NCBI GenBank assembly: GCA_013265495.1
Contig: MU058718.1
Coordinates: 930,001-994,000, forward strand
Length of the DNA stretch: 64,000 nucleotides
Source: Vicugna vicugna
Lineage: Eukaryota
Direction: 5' to 3'
The translations under genes were made by a program, and so were the position numbers. Of this stretch, positions 1 to 12,455 are shown piece after piece (position 1 is the first letter of the stretch; each line of letters opens with the position of its first letter). The notes beneath the pieces are model-generated. The model was given only the letters and a program-made list of their open reading frames with translations, was not told the DNA's origin and did no database searches.

Positions 1-1009
1 TGTCCTTTCTTTGGGGAGGCACAGGGACAAAGGTTGGGTGATGTGGAGAGCCAGGGCTTTATCAGACCACAGCAAAGAGCAGGAGCTCTCCCACCTCACC
101 TCTTCTCTGGTGGGGAGGCTGCCGTGCTCACTGGTCAAAGCCGGATGTCACTAATACTGATTTGCGCACACAGACCAAACACCAGACTGTGTTTCTAGCA
201 CATGACCCTGAGAAGTAGGGATAGGTGGCTCTAATACTTCTCTCTCTAACCACAACTGCAAACCTGACTCCAATATCTTCGGACTGTCATGAGAATTTGC
301 CCTGAGAAAAATGCTTTCGTTGAAAGGTGTTGTTTCTGATCTCATAGACTACGGCCAGTTGACAAGTTATCTGAGCTAAACTGGCTCAGGGGCCTGGCTT
401 CCAGATGTGAACTGATAGTTTGGGTTTCCAGTCTCCTCTCACCCACATTTGCCCAATAAGGACTTTTGTTGTTGTTTTTTTAAGGGGAAATAAGTAGCTG
501 GCTGGTTCTTGGCAAGTATCTGATGTCATTAGGAGGGGACTGCATCTGAAGAGAAGTTTGTTTGTATGAAATAGAGATGCCTACTATTCTATCTAAACTG
601 CGGCAAGATGATTTTCTGTCTTGGCTCAGTGTAAAGAACCAGTGTAGTTTAGGGCAGAATTTACTAGCAATTGATTATGATATATAGCAGAATTAAAAAG
701 GCTACCTGGTAAAGCTTCTTTGCCTAAGAGTGGTTGCTTGATACTCTTATCCTCAGTAAGACATTTAATTTTGAGTTGTCTGAAATGTCTTGAAGGTCAG
801 CTGTGCACTGGAGATGGAGTCCAATTAGACAAGGCATGGGCCTATGTCCTGTAGGAGGGGAGTGATGAGAAGTAGAATGAAAAGCCTGGGTATGGACCCA
901 GAGTTTTTCATGGGTTCTTTAAACATGCTCACAGACTGTTTTGCTTCAGTACCAGCTTTCCTGCCCTTCTGAGAACTGGAATTTTGTTTGCACATATATA
1001 TGGTCTTCA

Positions 1010-1215
1010 AGCAGCAGGCTGTGTATCATGGTGGAGATCTTGCTAGCTTCAGAGTTGGATGGCCTAGGTTCAAAGCTTTACCTCTAATTGGTCCTGTGAA
1101 CTAACGGCAAGATAATGGACTTTCATGTGCCTTCTTTTCCTGATTTACAAAAGAGGCTACTAACCACTTACCCAGTGGGATTATTGTGATGCCTGAATGA
1201 AACAGCACGTCTAAT
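1010..1215 (+). mobile_element. MIR SINE, degraded
   Basis: MIR-like order of motifs: CCTAGGTTCAAA...GGCAAGATAATGGACTTTC..TGCCTTCTTTTCCTGATTTACAAAA...GATTATTGTGATG..TGAATGA. Confidence 0.6.
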
Positions 1216-1235
1216 TATCTTACACTAAGACTGCA

Positions 1236-1236
1236 T

Positions 1237-1271
<35 letters not shown>

Positions 1272-1326
1272 TTGAAGTATAGTCAGTTTACAATGTGTCG
1301 ATTTCTGGTGTACAGCATAATGTTTC
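1236..1326 (-). mobile_element. Very short 5'-truncated young L1 3' end with (TTTA)n tail
   Basis: (TTTA)n then TTGAAGTATAGTCAGTTTACAATG...GGTGTACAGCATAATG, the same terminus as the copies at 23.5, 25.5 and 42.7 kb; imperfect TSD AAGACTGCATTTA (1227-1239) / AAGACTGACTATTTA (1327-1341). Confidence 0.8.
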
Positions 1327-3139
1327 AAGACTGACTATTTAAATTATCTGATTTAAACTAGATCTTTTCATACCTCACTCTTGTCTCACTTCCTGAACCC
1401 TGAAATACAACAACAACAACAAAAAAATGTGAAATGTGGGAGAGAAGGAGCTAAACCCCAAAGAGAGAGTGTGTGAGGCTAGTGATCAGGAAAGGTGCAC
1501 AACTCAATGTCTCCACTGGGAGAGGATGTACAGTATCAGCCATTTCTGCAAAGTGTCCTTTAACCAGCACAGGCAGAGCTGCGAACTGTTTAAAGGAGCT
1601 CCTTAAACCCACACATCAGATGTGGGAGTCCAATTTCCCTGAGGGTTTCCAGCCATCGCCAGGGCGGAGTCACCGGACAAGTGATCCCCAGACCTGGACT
1701 TTTCTCAGGCCCTGAGTCTCTGACCAAGAACTCCCTTGGGCTCTGCTTTGTAACTGTAGCCGAGCCCCACGCGAGACCAAGTGCATGTGCAAGGACAAGA
1801 CAAAAACATGAAGAGTTGTTTCAAAATCAGAGACAAGTGTAAACTAATATAAAAATAATAGCACTCCCTTGACCTTGTATCTTTGAGGTTTCCAGGGCCT
1901 CAGAGCTCTCTAATGTATTGTTTCATGGTTTAATCTGCCTTGCGTTTCTCTGAATCTAGTGATGCTGGGAGAGCAGGGTACGGGACTCTAGGAACTGAAA
2001 CAAAGAACAGAAAAACAAGGACTGCTTGGCAACAGTAAATTTTTAAAATATTTTTTGTTCTCTTCTCAGAATGGATCCCATCACATTCTTGAAAACAAAT
2101 TCATACAGAAAGGTTTTACAAAGAAATCAGTATGCGTGTGTATGCATAAAATATATGTGCATATATATTTATTTATTTATACTTGCCACCGATAGATTTT
2201 GCTCATCGTGTTAGAATAATAAGGAAAATATTAGTAAAAAAAATAGGGGAGTTAAGTATTTTCTTCCTCATCCTCCTCCCCATTCTCCCTCTTTGAAAAT
2301 TTCTAAAATAAATCTGCAAGATAAAATTCAGGGGTGGTAAAAAAAATCATGTGTTAACGGTTGATACCTAACGGTTTGGAAATGAGATACTGATTTGTTG
2401 TAACTTTAAAATTCAGTTCATTGTGTTTATCAAGCACCTACTAAGTGCCTAGAAAAAATAAGTACTCAATTCATTTCTTATTCCTAAGAAGCGAACAGTC
2501 ATGTCAGAGGTAGCTGGAGTCGGGGTGGGTGGAAGAGCCAGACATGCAGTAAATGGAGGCAGCAGGGGACAGCAGACAGAGAAACAGTATGATAACACGA
2601 ATGTATATGCGAAAATGCTGAAGAACCTTCGAGGTGGTCAGCAGAAAATGAACCAGTGGTGCTTGGAGGACAAGAAAGGTCAGAGGTAGAGTTGGAGATG
2701 GAAATACGGGGCTCTTGAGAGATTTTCTTCTCCTTACAAAGAGGCCTCAATAAAGCAATTGTTTGTGTCCTCTGCTAGGCTTGGCACAGATGGAGGCCAA
2801 AGACTGCAGCAAATGATATGTGCCACGTTTCCTTCCGCCCCTAAGCGGAGGAGGGAAGCGACTGGAAAGCCCTTCTCACTTTGCTCCAGGAGACGGCAGA
2901 CCTAACTAACTGATTTTCAATGAACACGTTGTCCAGCCGCCAGAAACAATGGCCGGGTCTCAGGCTCGGCCGTTGGTCGTAGGAGAGGCGGCCCTGGGGT
3001 TTGCTTCTTCTCTCTGGATGCCCAGAGCGGGGCTTTTGCACGTCGTGGTCTGTGCCTGGTTTCAGCGGGTTGAACAGTATCAGTTCTGATGCTCCGTTTT
3101 AACTTGAGGTCCCTGGGAGCCTTCTTGCCTTCCGATTTA

Positions 3140-3265
3140 AATGCCCTCACCCAGGGAGGTCCGTCTGGACTGCCCTACCCAAAGTGGTCACAGCCTCTAT
3201 TATTCTTTGGCCCAACATCCTGTTTGTTTTGTCTGAGGCACTTTTCACAAACTAATTATTTTGCT
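3140..3265 (+). mobile_element. L2 LINE 3' fragment (probably resumes ~3660-3755)
   Basis: AATGCCCTCACCCAGGGAGGTCC..CTGGACTGCCCTACCCAAA; later GGGAGGGACCGTGTCTTTG..CACTGTATCCC, both resembling the L2 3' region. Confidence 0.5.
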
Positions 3266-4599
3266 TGTTAGTTTTGATGAAGAGAGCATTCCTGTTATAA
3301 TAAGACAGCATTATGTGCCAGTAGTTTTAGAGGAAGAACGGTCAATAGGTTTTCAGCTCTTCTTTCAAATAGCCCTCCTGAAAGTTTACTTACGACCATA
3401 GGTCTGCCTCTCCTTCTCTTGCTGGGTATCACAATATTTCCTCTTTTCCACCTGGGTATCATGACTCCAAGGCCTTCCTCTGACAGGGGCTTAGGCCCCC
3501 TGGAGTTGTTCGAGGCAATCAGTCACTGGGAGTGGTGGGGCCAGTCTCTGGGTGGTGAACATACTTGTCCTGACCATGCAATGCGCTTCTTATCGTTGAC
3601 AAAGACATTTCAAGTTCCTAGTCTATGGTTTCTTTCTCTCACCTCCTCATCTGGTTGGTTTTTAAGGTCTGTCTCTCCTATGGGGTTATTCACACCAAGA
3701 GGGGAGGGACCGTGTCTTTGTTGAGCACTGTATCCCTGGGCTGTGGCGCAGTATAGATCTGACCCCTGCATCCTGGGTTCTCAGTCAAGGTTGACCATTG
3801 CTTCTTCCCTTCCCTCTAGCCACATTCTACCTCCAAAGTGCCTCCATCTCCCAAAAGCTGTGTAGCCCACTCAAGCCACCCAAATCTGTGGGGTGAAGAG
3901 GAAGTAGAGGGAGAACAGCCGCTTCTGGTTCTTCCACTAATTGGTATCAAGCTCTCTTCCAGGGAGCTTGGGGAAGGAGTGAGAAATACAAAGAATCCCG
4001 AGACGTTCCCCTGCGCCCCCCAACTCCCCACTCCAGCTTTCTGATTCAGGCTGGTGGCAATTTGTTTCTCCCTGGCCTATCCGCTCAGGCCGGCTCCCTA
4101 TGTGGGCTGTTCTTCTTGTTCTGGGATGCTTGGATCACTCTTTATCTACTCGCCATCTGTGTAAGGGGATCCTGCCAAGATGATCAGATGTGAACTCAGC
4201 GCTAGAAACATTTTAATTAATTTATGGTGATAAAATGCGAAAAGAAAACCATCGAGGAAAGCCTGGGCCAAAGAAAATTAAACATAAGAGGAAACAAAGA
4301 AACTAGAGCCATGCGGCCTTGGAAGGAAGGGCCCGGTTGGCAAAGAAGCCAGCAAGCTCTTTCTCTTGCCCTCTTTGCTTTTTTAATAACACCCAGGTGG
4401 AAAAGCCACAGAGGGCCTAGGGCCTGGAGGCGATGAGGGAGGAAAACTGAGTAGCCTGCTATCAGCCTAGACCTCTTGATCACACACAGGGTGAGGCTGC
4501 AGGATTGCTGGCCCCCACGTAGCAGGGGTGGCCAAAATTTTTCAGGTAAGCAGAAGAAGAAAGTTTCTTAAGCTGTAGCTCTGAAAAACGCTTCAGTGG

Positions 4600-4815
4600 T
4601 AGTGATCAGGGGATGGGGGTGGGGTGATAAGATAGATGTTATTTAAGGTACAAACTTGCAACAAGTAGTAAATAAGCCATAAACATCTAATGCAGATTAT
4701 AATGAATATAGACAATAATATTGTACTATAATTATGTAATATAATAAATATCACTAAAATGGCAATCATATTACAATATATGAATGTATCAAAGTTAACA
4801 AAAAAATTTCAAAAG
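4600..4815 (+). mobile_element. L1 3' UTR fragment (L1MA9/artiodactyl-like), 5'-truncated
   Basis: GGTACAAACTTGCAAC...AATAAG...ATCTAATG...ACAATAATATTGTACTATA...TGTATCAAA followed by an A-rich tail; flanked by AAAAAC(G/C)CTTCAG duplication. Confidence 0.75.
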
Positions 4816-4829
4816 AAAAAAACCTTCAG

Positions 4830-4939
4830 GAGAAAGGGTACAGCTCAGTGGTAGAGTGTGTGCTTAAGCATGCACAAGGTCCTGGGTTCAATCCCCAGCA
4901 CCTCCATTAAAAAATAAATAAACCTAATGACCCACCCGC
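4830..4939 (+). mobile_element. tRNA-Ala-derived SINE (camelid Vic-1-like)
   Basis: GGGTACAGCTCAGTGGTAGAG (A box)...GGTCCTGGGTTCAATCCCCAGCACCTCCA (B box), then TTAAAAAATAAATAAACCTAAT tail; TSD AAAAAAAC(C)CTTCAG at 4816-4829 and 4940-4954. Confidence 0.9.
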
Positions 4940-5619
4940 AAAAAAACCCTTCAGTGGATGTTTAAAGAAGTCTATATTTAAAGTAAATACGGCTTCACTG
5001 TAGCCTAGCAAACAGTACTTAGGAAGGATAGTGCCTGTATTGGGAAAATCCTAAAGGAAACCAGTATTAGCTAGTCTTTTCCTTTCTAAGACAAAAACAG
5101 GCCAGCATTATGTATTTGTAATGGGCTGCCGGGCCATTTGAGTGATTTGCCAGGCTGATTTGATTTAGTTTTTCTTCCTTTTCCCTCTTTTTTATGTGAA
5201 ACACCTACTGAGTGCTGAGGAAAGACAAAGTTCTCAGTCACTCCTAACTGATCTTTAGATGAAAACAAGAGTGAAAGGGAAAACGTTTGTGAACCAGCGC
5301 ATAGGAATTCCCTCCAAATAGGAAATTATTTTGTTTCTAATTTATTCAGATATTTTATTTTTATAGATTTGATGGTCTCAATCCAGCTGGTGTAATTCAA
5401 GGGGAAAACCAGACTCAAAAGCAAGTGAGAGAAGAATACAGCAGTGAAGGGGGGATGGGGGCACAAGTAGACAGGGTAAGAAATCAGACAGACTTTTCAG
5501 GGATTTGCAGAAATCTCAAGCGTGTATTGCCTATTTGTCCTAATTAAGAGGGAACTATATAAAATTGAATAAATAAATTCATGTTGAACTTAGTAAAGGA
5601 TTATTTATACAGCTGATTT

Positions 5620-6090
5620 AATAGAATAATAGAATTTTGGAGCTGTAAGTGACTTCATATTACGGGTCTGAATCAGAACTATCTAGAGAGGTTTTCTTTT
5701 CCTTAAACAAATACATGATTGGGCCCCACCTACCAGCATTTATAGGGTACGCCCTTGGCACGTGCATTTTGAAAAAGCTTGTAAAAGAGTCTGATGTGTA
5801 TTCCCATGCATTCATTCATGCATTCATTCAGCATTTATGGAGTGCCTACTACGGATCATACACTGTGGTAGGTGGTGGGGACACTATGGTCAGAAGAAGA
5901 AGGTACAGTCCCTGCCCTCAGGGAGGTATGGTCTATGGATAATACTCAACCCTTCTGTTTTCAGTTAAAGACACTTATTCTGAAAGCTTAAGTGACCTTC
6001 CCTGGATCATCCAAGTAGTATAATCTGGAATGGAACTATACCCAGATCTCCCAATTCTTATTTCCATGTTCCTTCCACTAACTACCTTGT
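5620..6090. mobile_element. Nested old repeats: MIR3-like SINE interrupted by a MER5-type hAT element (~5665-5805) and an L2 3' end (~5806-5935, minus)
   Basis: ATAGAATTTTGGAGCTG head; GGGCCCCACC...TGCATTTTGAAAAAGCT..TCTGATGTG (MER5); CATTCATTCAGCATTTATGGAGTGCCTAC (L2 tail); AAGTGACCTTCCCTGGATCA..GAACTATACCCAGATCTCC (MIR). Confidence 0.55.
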
Positions 6091-6154
6091 TGACTTTTCA
6101 ATCATCTTTTATTTTTCATTTAGGCTAATGTTAAATGTCTGAGATTCCAGTTGT

Positions 6155-6380
6155 ACTAAAGCAGCTAGGTTTGGCTCTTGTTTGAAATCCTTGCTCTACC
6201 AAGTGTTAGCTTTTTGACTGTGGGCAAATGTGTCACCTATAGCAACCTCCAATAGAACAGAGCCTAAAACAGAATCATATCTACCACACTGAGGTGGAGG
6301 GAGTGCGTAGGGCTACTGATGAGACAACATAAGCCAAAAAACCTGCCCAGAAGCTGGGCCTTTGTAAGAACTCAATTTTT
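6155..6380 (+). mobile_element. MIR SINE
   Basis: TTTGAAATCCTTGCTCTACC...GACTGTGGGCAAATG...ATCTACCACAC. Confidence 0.5.
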
Positions 6381-7066
6381 GGATGTTCTGGCCATTTTCA
6401 TGCAGGAAGTCCCCAACCTTGCCAGGTGTTGCTGGGGGGAGGGTGTGTGGGAGCCAGCCTGAGTACTGGCAGAGTGACCAGGTCTACCTCACTCTTTGGA
6501 ACATGCCAAGTCTGTGGTGGGCCCACTGGCATCAGGTGAATCCTGCCATCCAAACAGCAGGGGTGCACTTAGGTGCCAGTGACTGGCCTCTGGCGCTCCA
6601 GACAAGGCACTGACAGCCTTTCCAGAGCAAGACAGAAATTCACAACTGGCATGAAAAGAGTCTGAAATCAGGAAGAGCAGGCAGCTCTGGAGACAGAGCC
6701 TGGAGTGCAGTGGCAGTGACTTCAGAAGCTCCCATTGAATGGCTTCTTGGTTGCCTGTGCAGACCCTTCAGTCTTGCCGCAACGCATGTTGTGGTTACTT
6801 CCCAGGCTGGCTGCTGCTCACCAGCTCAACAACCTTGGCCATGGCCTGAATCTTGAATGCGCTTCCCTGTCAGAGTAGGATAAAGGATAGAAATCACCAC
6901 CCAAACTTGCTCCAGGTACCAGAAACAGATCTTGGTACCAAATTAGAAAGGAAGACATGAGAAGAAACGGGTCAGATCAAGGTGGAGCCATCTGTTCCAT
7001 CAGCAGCAAGAATCATTTAAAATGTAGCTCTCAAAGCTTTCTCAGATCTTTATTACTTTAAGAGAA

Positions 7067-7600
7067 CATATCACCTCTCCTAGGTACATAGCCAAGAGAA
7101 ATCATATACACATGAAAGAATGTCTATAGCAACTGGACATGACTCAAATGCTCATCAGCAGTAAGATGGATAAATTCATGGTGGTATTGTGTGATTGTGT
7201 GATTCTGTTGTGCAATTACACGATGGAATGTACAACAACGTGGATGAACAAACCATAGCTATATGAAACAACAAGATTGACTCTCACAAGCAAAATACTA
7301 GCATGGGAAGCCAGATGCCAAACAGTACCTGCACTGATTCTATTTATATGATGTTTAAAACAGGCAAAACTTATCTATGGTGTCAGAAGTCAGGACAGTG
7401 GATACTTCTGGTGGGGGGGCAGTGACTTGAGGGATGTGCAGAGTAAGTTTCTGCGGTGCTGCTGATGTGCTGCTGCTTGGTCTGGTGTTGGTTGCACGGG
7501 AGAAATGAGTTTGCGAAAATTCACTGAAGTGCATACTTGGGATGTGTGCCCTTTGTATCTCTATAGTGAGCTTCAGTGGGAAGTTTACAAAAAAGAAGAA
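7067..7600 (+). mobile_element. Old L1M (L1ME-type) 3' end
   Basis: CTCCTAGGTACATAGCCAAGAGAAAT...CAAATGCTCATCAGCAGTAAGATGGATAAATT...AAAACAGGCAAAACTTATCTATGGTGTCAGAAGTCAGGACAGTGG...GAAAATTCACTGAAG. Confidence 0.85.
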
Positions 7601-9399
7601 CATGTTAATATTTCTGCACCATTATGGTCATAGATTGCTGCCTGGACTGGAAGTCCGCATTGTGGTTTTTCCACCAGTAAAATAATACAGTAACACTCAG
7701 CATTTTCTTACATCTGGTGGAGAGTAGGCACTCAATACACTGAATAAATGAAGAACGGGTTATAGATTTTCTGTGGGACATGTAAGCTAGTAAGAGTGCC
7801 AGGGTATTTAAAAAAGCCCCTTAGAGGAATTTCTATTATCACAGATTTTCATGATCTAAACCATGGTGTCAGGCCTTTAAGGAGGGGAGCCTCACACTTC
7901 CTGTGCCGCCATCAGGCTTAAATGCACACGAGCAATTGCAGGGCCCTCCCTGTTGGTGTGGAGAGCTGCCCAGACTTAGGAGGTGGGACCTCCCTACTAG
8001 AAGCATTTCCTCTGTTCCACAGCCCCCCGAAGCCCTTCCTTAGGCCCAGTTCACCTGGATCTGTGAGGTCCTCTCTGTGTAAATACTGGCTGGTCATCTT
8101 CTTTTGGTCTTTCATGAGTAAAACGTGAGTGGGAGATGTTTGACCTAAGGGCGTGGCTTGTGGCAAGGCAGGAAATACCTCATCTTACTGGGGTACAAAC
8201 AAGGGAAATTATAAGTACTGTTAATGAGTACAGGCCAGCTGAGTCCAGGTCTGCCAGACATCTTCCAGGAAATATGAGGGAGCAGGAACACAGACCTGCA
8301 AAGAGGAGCAGATCTGAGGTAGCAGCAACTCAGGTCACCGTAACTCTAGCCCAGGTGGAATCTCTTTCAGTACCACGCACCGTCTAGTCAAACCTGTTAG
8401 TCAGGAGGGCAGGGGTGTCAAGTGTTTGAGAGCTGGTTTAAGCCACATAAAAGGCTCAGCAGGCCTTCAGCAGGGTCATTTTCCATGAGAAGATTGAAGG
8501 TGCTGAATGTGCAAACAAGCATTCACACAGAGACCCTGTCCTGTCCACAAAGCCTGGATGTTGCTTCCTTGAGTCAAAGGCTCAAAAAATACCATGCTAT
8601 ACAACTCAAATCCAACAAATAGCACAATACCAAGAAACGCGTACCTTGGCAAGCCAGGTGACTCCTTTGTCCCTAAGGGTAGCTGCACTTCCTTTGATCC
8701 TGGTGAGACAGACCAAGAAGTCTTGGTTTTCAGAACACAAACAACCCCAGAACTGGGCTTGTTACAGCCCTGTTGAGTACAGCAAGTTACATTTTGAAGG
8801 AATGTGAGCGCTCTTCCGGAATCTCTCGGAGATTTGTTTCTTTGTGATGGTGAAGTTGCTTAATCAGCTTGTGTAACAGGGGTATCTGTGTTTTGCCGAA
8901 ATGTCAGATAACGATGACATCTGCACAGAGATGAAGTCGAGGGGGGAAGCCTGCTTTCCAAGGGCGGTCTGCCTCATAGGGTTTTGTGGAGCCTGCCCTG
9001 GAGGACCAGACACCCCAGCTCTCGTGCTTAGCCCCGAATGTTATCCTCGGAGGACAGCCGTCTTTAGGGTAGGTGTGGTGGAGGGCTCTTCCTTTGCCCT
9101 GCTGGGGGCTGAGGGGAGAGGGGTGGAGGCAGTGATGGGTGGCAGATGGAGAATGGAGAAGAGTTGGGTGGCACAGGCTTTGGAACTACCAGAATATGCT
9201 GAAAGGCTCTAGGTGTTGAGAGACAGACAAATATATAATTAGCATTAAGCCCTGGGTCTGCTACTGACTGTTCTTTTTCCGTCTGCTTCTAACATTGCCA
9301 CCCATAGATTCATTTGTGGAGTGACTGAAAGATTTCCCTCTTATTCAATGGAGAGAAGGAGAAAAATTGATTGTAAAGATCGCTGCAAATCTGGCTATG

Positions 9400-9520
9400 T
9401 AAACTTGAGAAGGTCCGTGGTCATGTCCCCGCCTTGGGCCTCAGTTTTCTTCTCAGCTGTAAAGCAAGATTATTGGACTCTCTGATCTCTCAGGTCCCTT
9501 TCAGTGTGAAAGTTCTGCAC
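9400..9520 (+). mobile_element. MIR3-like SINE fragment
   Basis: TTGGGCCTCAGTTTTCTT..CTGTAAA...TTGGACT...TGATCTCTCAGGTCCCTTTCAG. Confidence 0.65.
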
Positions 9521-11439
9521 TCCAAAGTATCTTTCAAACAGCTTCCCTGGGAGGTGCTATCACCGGACGCTTCAGTTAAAATCCAAATGTGTTTCCAATG
9601 AAGGATAAGGTTGTAAGCCTCATTTACACAGATACCTCAGCTCAAATGTGTTTGCCAAATATACTCGATACTTTGAGGATCCAGGACACAGGCTTGGTTC
9701 ATTTATGTTGGAGGAGAAGAGAAGAACACTCTGGAGAAAGGGGAGCTGACCAAAGAACTCAGGATTGGGTGATGTTCTGTGGCGGGCACTCTGCCCACCA
9801 TCTTACATGAAAGGTTACTTGAGGCAAATGGCAAGATTCCGGAGGCAGGATTTCTTTAAAACCCTGAGAACTGGCATCCGGAATCTGAAGTCCTTCATAA
9901 TCTATAGGTAGCAACAGAAGGCAGCCAGCCTTTGAGATGGCCCCCAGCCATGCCCCTCCTTGTATTATTTATCTCCTCTTCTTGGGTTTGAGCTGGACCT
10001 GGAATCTTATACTTGAATCATTGTTAGGGTGGCAGGTGGAGGGGAGAAGAGTCTTACATATTTGTCATCAATATACACATATACTGAATACTTCTAATTT
10101 CACCAATGAGACCCAGTTTCTAACCATTGTTATCCTAGTAAACAAGCCACTACTTTCATTTAAAAAAGCAACAAGGACCCACATCTGACACTGAGCAAGT
10201 TAATTTGCAAGCCTTGAGTTTGACTGAGATACGGATTTAAAGCATTTGTTGTAGCTGCCTCTGGATTATGGATTTCCTGACGAGAACCCCAGCTGACCAC
10301 TGTAGGTCTGTGCTGGCTTGGGTTGAATGCTTTCTTGAGCTTGGGCAGCCCAACCCCTGACTTACAACTTAAACCAAAGTTCACAATGTTCCTTTGCCCG
10401 TGATGAAGTATCTTAAAGCAAATTATAGATAAGTGGTAAATAAGGGTAGGTTTGTAGAAGGGTTTACATTTCTTGTTCATGTCAATGGTCAAATCCTTAG
10501 TCTCTTATTTTTCTTTACATTTATTTCTTACTTTCTCATTCTCAATTTGTACCCTGGGGTCTTTCTGACACCTGATGGGAATGAAAGAGATGTTCTTTAG
10601 CCAAAGGCTACAGTTTCCTACTACTCCAAGCTGGGTTCAGAAGAAGATGTGAGGAGGAGAAGAGGGAAAGGTTGAAGTGGTGGAGTTGCTCCAGCTGTCT
10701 TTGGATTGCCAAGACATCTGGGTCCCTCACTGTCAGAGGTTGCACAGGGTAACAGTTGTGGCTCAGGCTGGGTGGGTGTCCCATGGCTCCATCTGTGCTG
10801 GACATCTGGCCAATGGGCCCCTGCTTCTGAGAAGATACATTTAGACTGGGCTGCCTGAGCACCTCCAGAAGGGCCAGACACTCTGGGGCTGGGCTGCCCA
10901 AGCTCAAGATCTCATCCGTGTTTTAAAGATGTAGAGCTCAAAACCAAGGACAACATTGGTACCTACATTCTCAACACTGCCCTTTTAGGTCCTCTGCCCA
11001 ACACCTCTGGCAATGCATCAGTCCATTTTACACTGAGGATTTATGGGCTTCCGGGTCCCTGGAGGGCAGCTCGGTGACCTAAGGCAGCAGCTTCATTACT
11101 AGGTGGAAGGTTGGAATTCCAGGACCCAGGGTACTTATAGCTTGAGACCCCCTTATCAAAATACTCCTAAACTGGTAAACAATGGAAATCAAACGTCTTA
11201 GATAAAATCTAATCAAATAAAAATTAAATGACCATAAAGCTACTTCCTGTTCTCAGAAAGGTTTCTCTTCCCTGCTTTGAAGGAAGCATCCGGTGACAGG
11301 CAGTGGGTGTCTCCCCGCCTCCTGTCCGGTGTTCATCCGCCTTAGAGGATCTCTCTTAGATCCGTCCATTAGCATTCTGCCTTTGCTGTGGTTACTGATT
11401 CCCTTCCCTCCTGCAGACCAGAGTCCTCAAAGTAACCCT

Positions 11440-11735
11440 GCATTGACTGAGGAATTGACCTTCGGCCTGTGCGCACATCGGTTTCGTGGACGTGGGCGGC
11501 CTAAGCGCAGCGCAGTGGTCCGGTGCTTCCCGGGAGCGCCAGCGCGCTTTAAACATGACTGGTGTGATGGCGTCGCTCTCCGGGAGCCCCCCGCCTCTGG
11601 GTCCCCCGCCTGGGGACCGCTTGGACCGGGCCCATGGAAAGACCCGCGCTTGCTTGGCTCCGCTCCTCCGGGCTGCGTTTGCGCTGACCAAGCTCCTGTT
11701 GTGTTTTCCTTTCTAGCCTGCCTGGGCGGGTGAGA
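11440..11735. promoter_or_regulatory. Small CpG island, candidate promoter or first exon of an unidentified transcript
   Basis: Sharp local rise in CpG and GC against a CpG-depleted background; GC boxes (GGGCGG, CCCCGCC), GCGCA/TGCGC repeats, TTTAAA at 11548-11553, and a donor-like CGG|GTGAGA at 11729/11730. Confidence 0.65.
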
Positions 11736-11973
11736 AAGGAGCAGGTTTCTTTTGGGTGGGGAGGAACATTCCTTTCTTCCTGTGGGGAAGGTGGTATTTA
11801 TGTTTCTCAGAAAAGAGGTTCCTGGAGAATAACATATTGCTATATGCTTTGGATGTTTGGGATAAAAAGAGAACGATTTAAGCAATCTATTTCTCTTCTG
11901 AAGTGCTGTCAGAAGGGTCAAGAGGGTGTACAACCTAGGAGCGCCCGTCTTCAGATTTAGAGTGTGGAGAAAG

Positions 11974-12150
11974 CAGTGGTGCTGAACTCTGCTTAAAATC
12001 ACCTTGGAGCTTTAAAAAAAAAAAACACCAATGCTGAGTTCCACCCCAGACCGATTAAGGCCGACTCTCTGGGTGGTGAAGCTGGAGTCTTGGTATTTTT
12101 TAAAAGCTCCCCAGGTGATTTTTCTGTGTGGCCAAGGTTGAGAGCCACTG
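11974..12150. mobile_element. MER5A (hAT-Charlie non-autonomous DNA transposon)
   Basis: Termini CAGTGGT...AGCCACTG; internal AATCACCT.GGAGCTTTAAAA...CCACCCCAGACC..TAAAAGCTCCCCAGGTGATT...CAAGGTTGAGA. Confidence 0.9.
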
Positions 12151-12239
12151 CAGTGGAGTACTGTGTCGTTTATATTAGAGCGTGAGGGAGGCGGAATCTT
12201 GATTACCCCGAGATTAACGGAAGAAAGATAAAATGCCTT

Positions 12240-12455
12240 CTTTGAGTCAGGCATTGTGGTGAACACTTGCCTTATATTTTCCCATAATCTCCACTATGAC
12301 ACTGCAAGGTAGGTGATGTGTCACTCTCCCCGTCTTACAGGAAAGGAACTGAAGCTTAGAAAGGTGAGCCGACGTACACAAGGTCACCCAGCTAGAAAGC
12401 GGTGGAACTAGAATTTGAGGTAAGATTTTTCTGATTCCGAAGCCACTAAACTATG
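12240..12455 (-). mobile_element. MIR SINE
   Basis: CAGGCATTGTG...TTACAGGAAAGGAACTGAAGCTTAGAAAGGTGAG..ACAAGGTCACCCAGCTAGAAAG. Confidence 0.8.

Noticed and set aside
4536..4551. Recursive splice site (TTTTTCAG|GTAAGC)
   Set aside because: The pyrimidine tract is only 6 nt, and a single motif cannot be told apart from chance.
4835..4906. tRNA-Ala gene
   Set aside because: It has A/B boxes, but also stem mismatches, a SINE-specific AT-rich tail and a TSD. It is a tRNA-derived SINE, not a functional tRNA.
11293..12002. Overlapping 76-191 aa ORFs at the CpG island
   Set aside because: Pro/Gly/Arg/Ala-rich ORFs on both strands are expected from stop-codon scarcity in GC-rich DNA, and none resembles a known protein.
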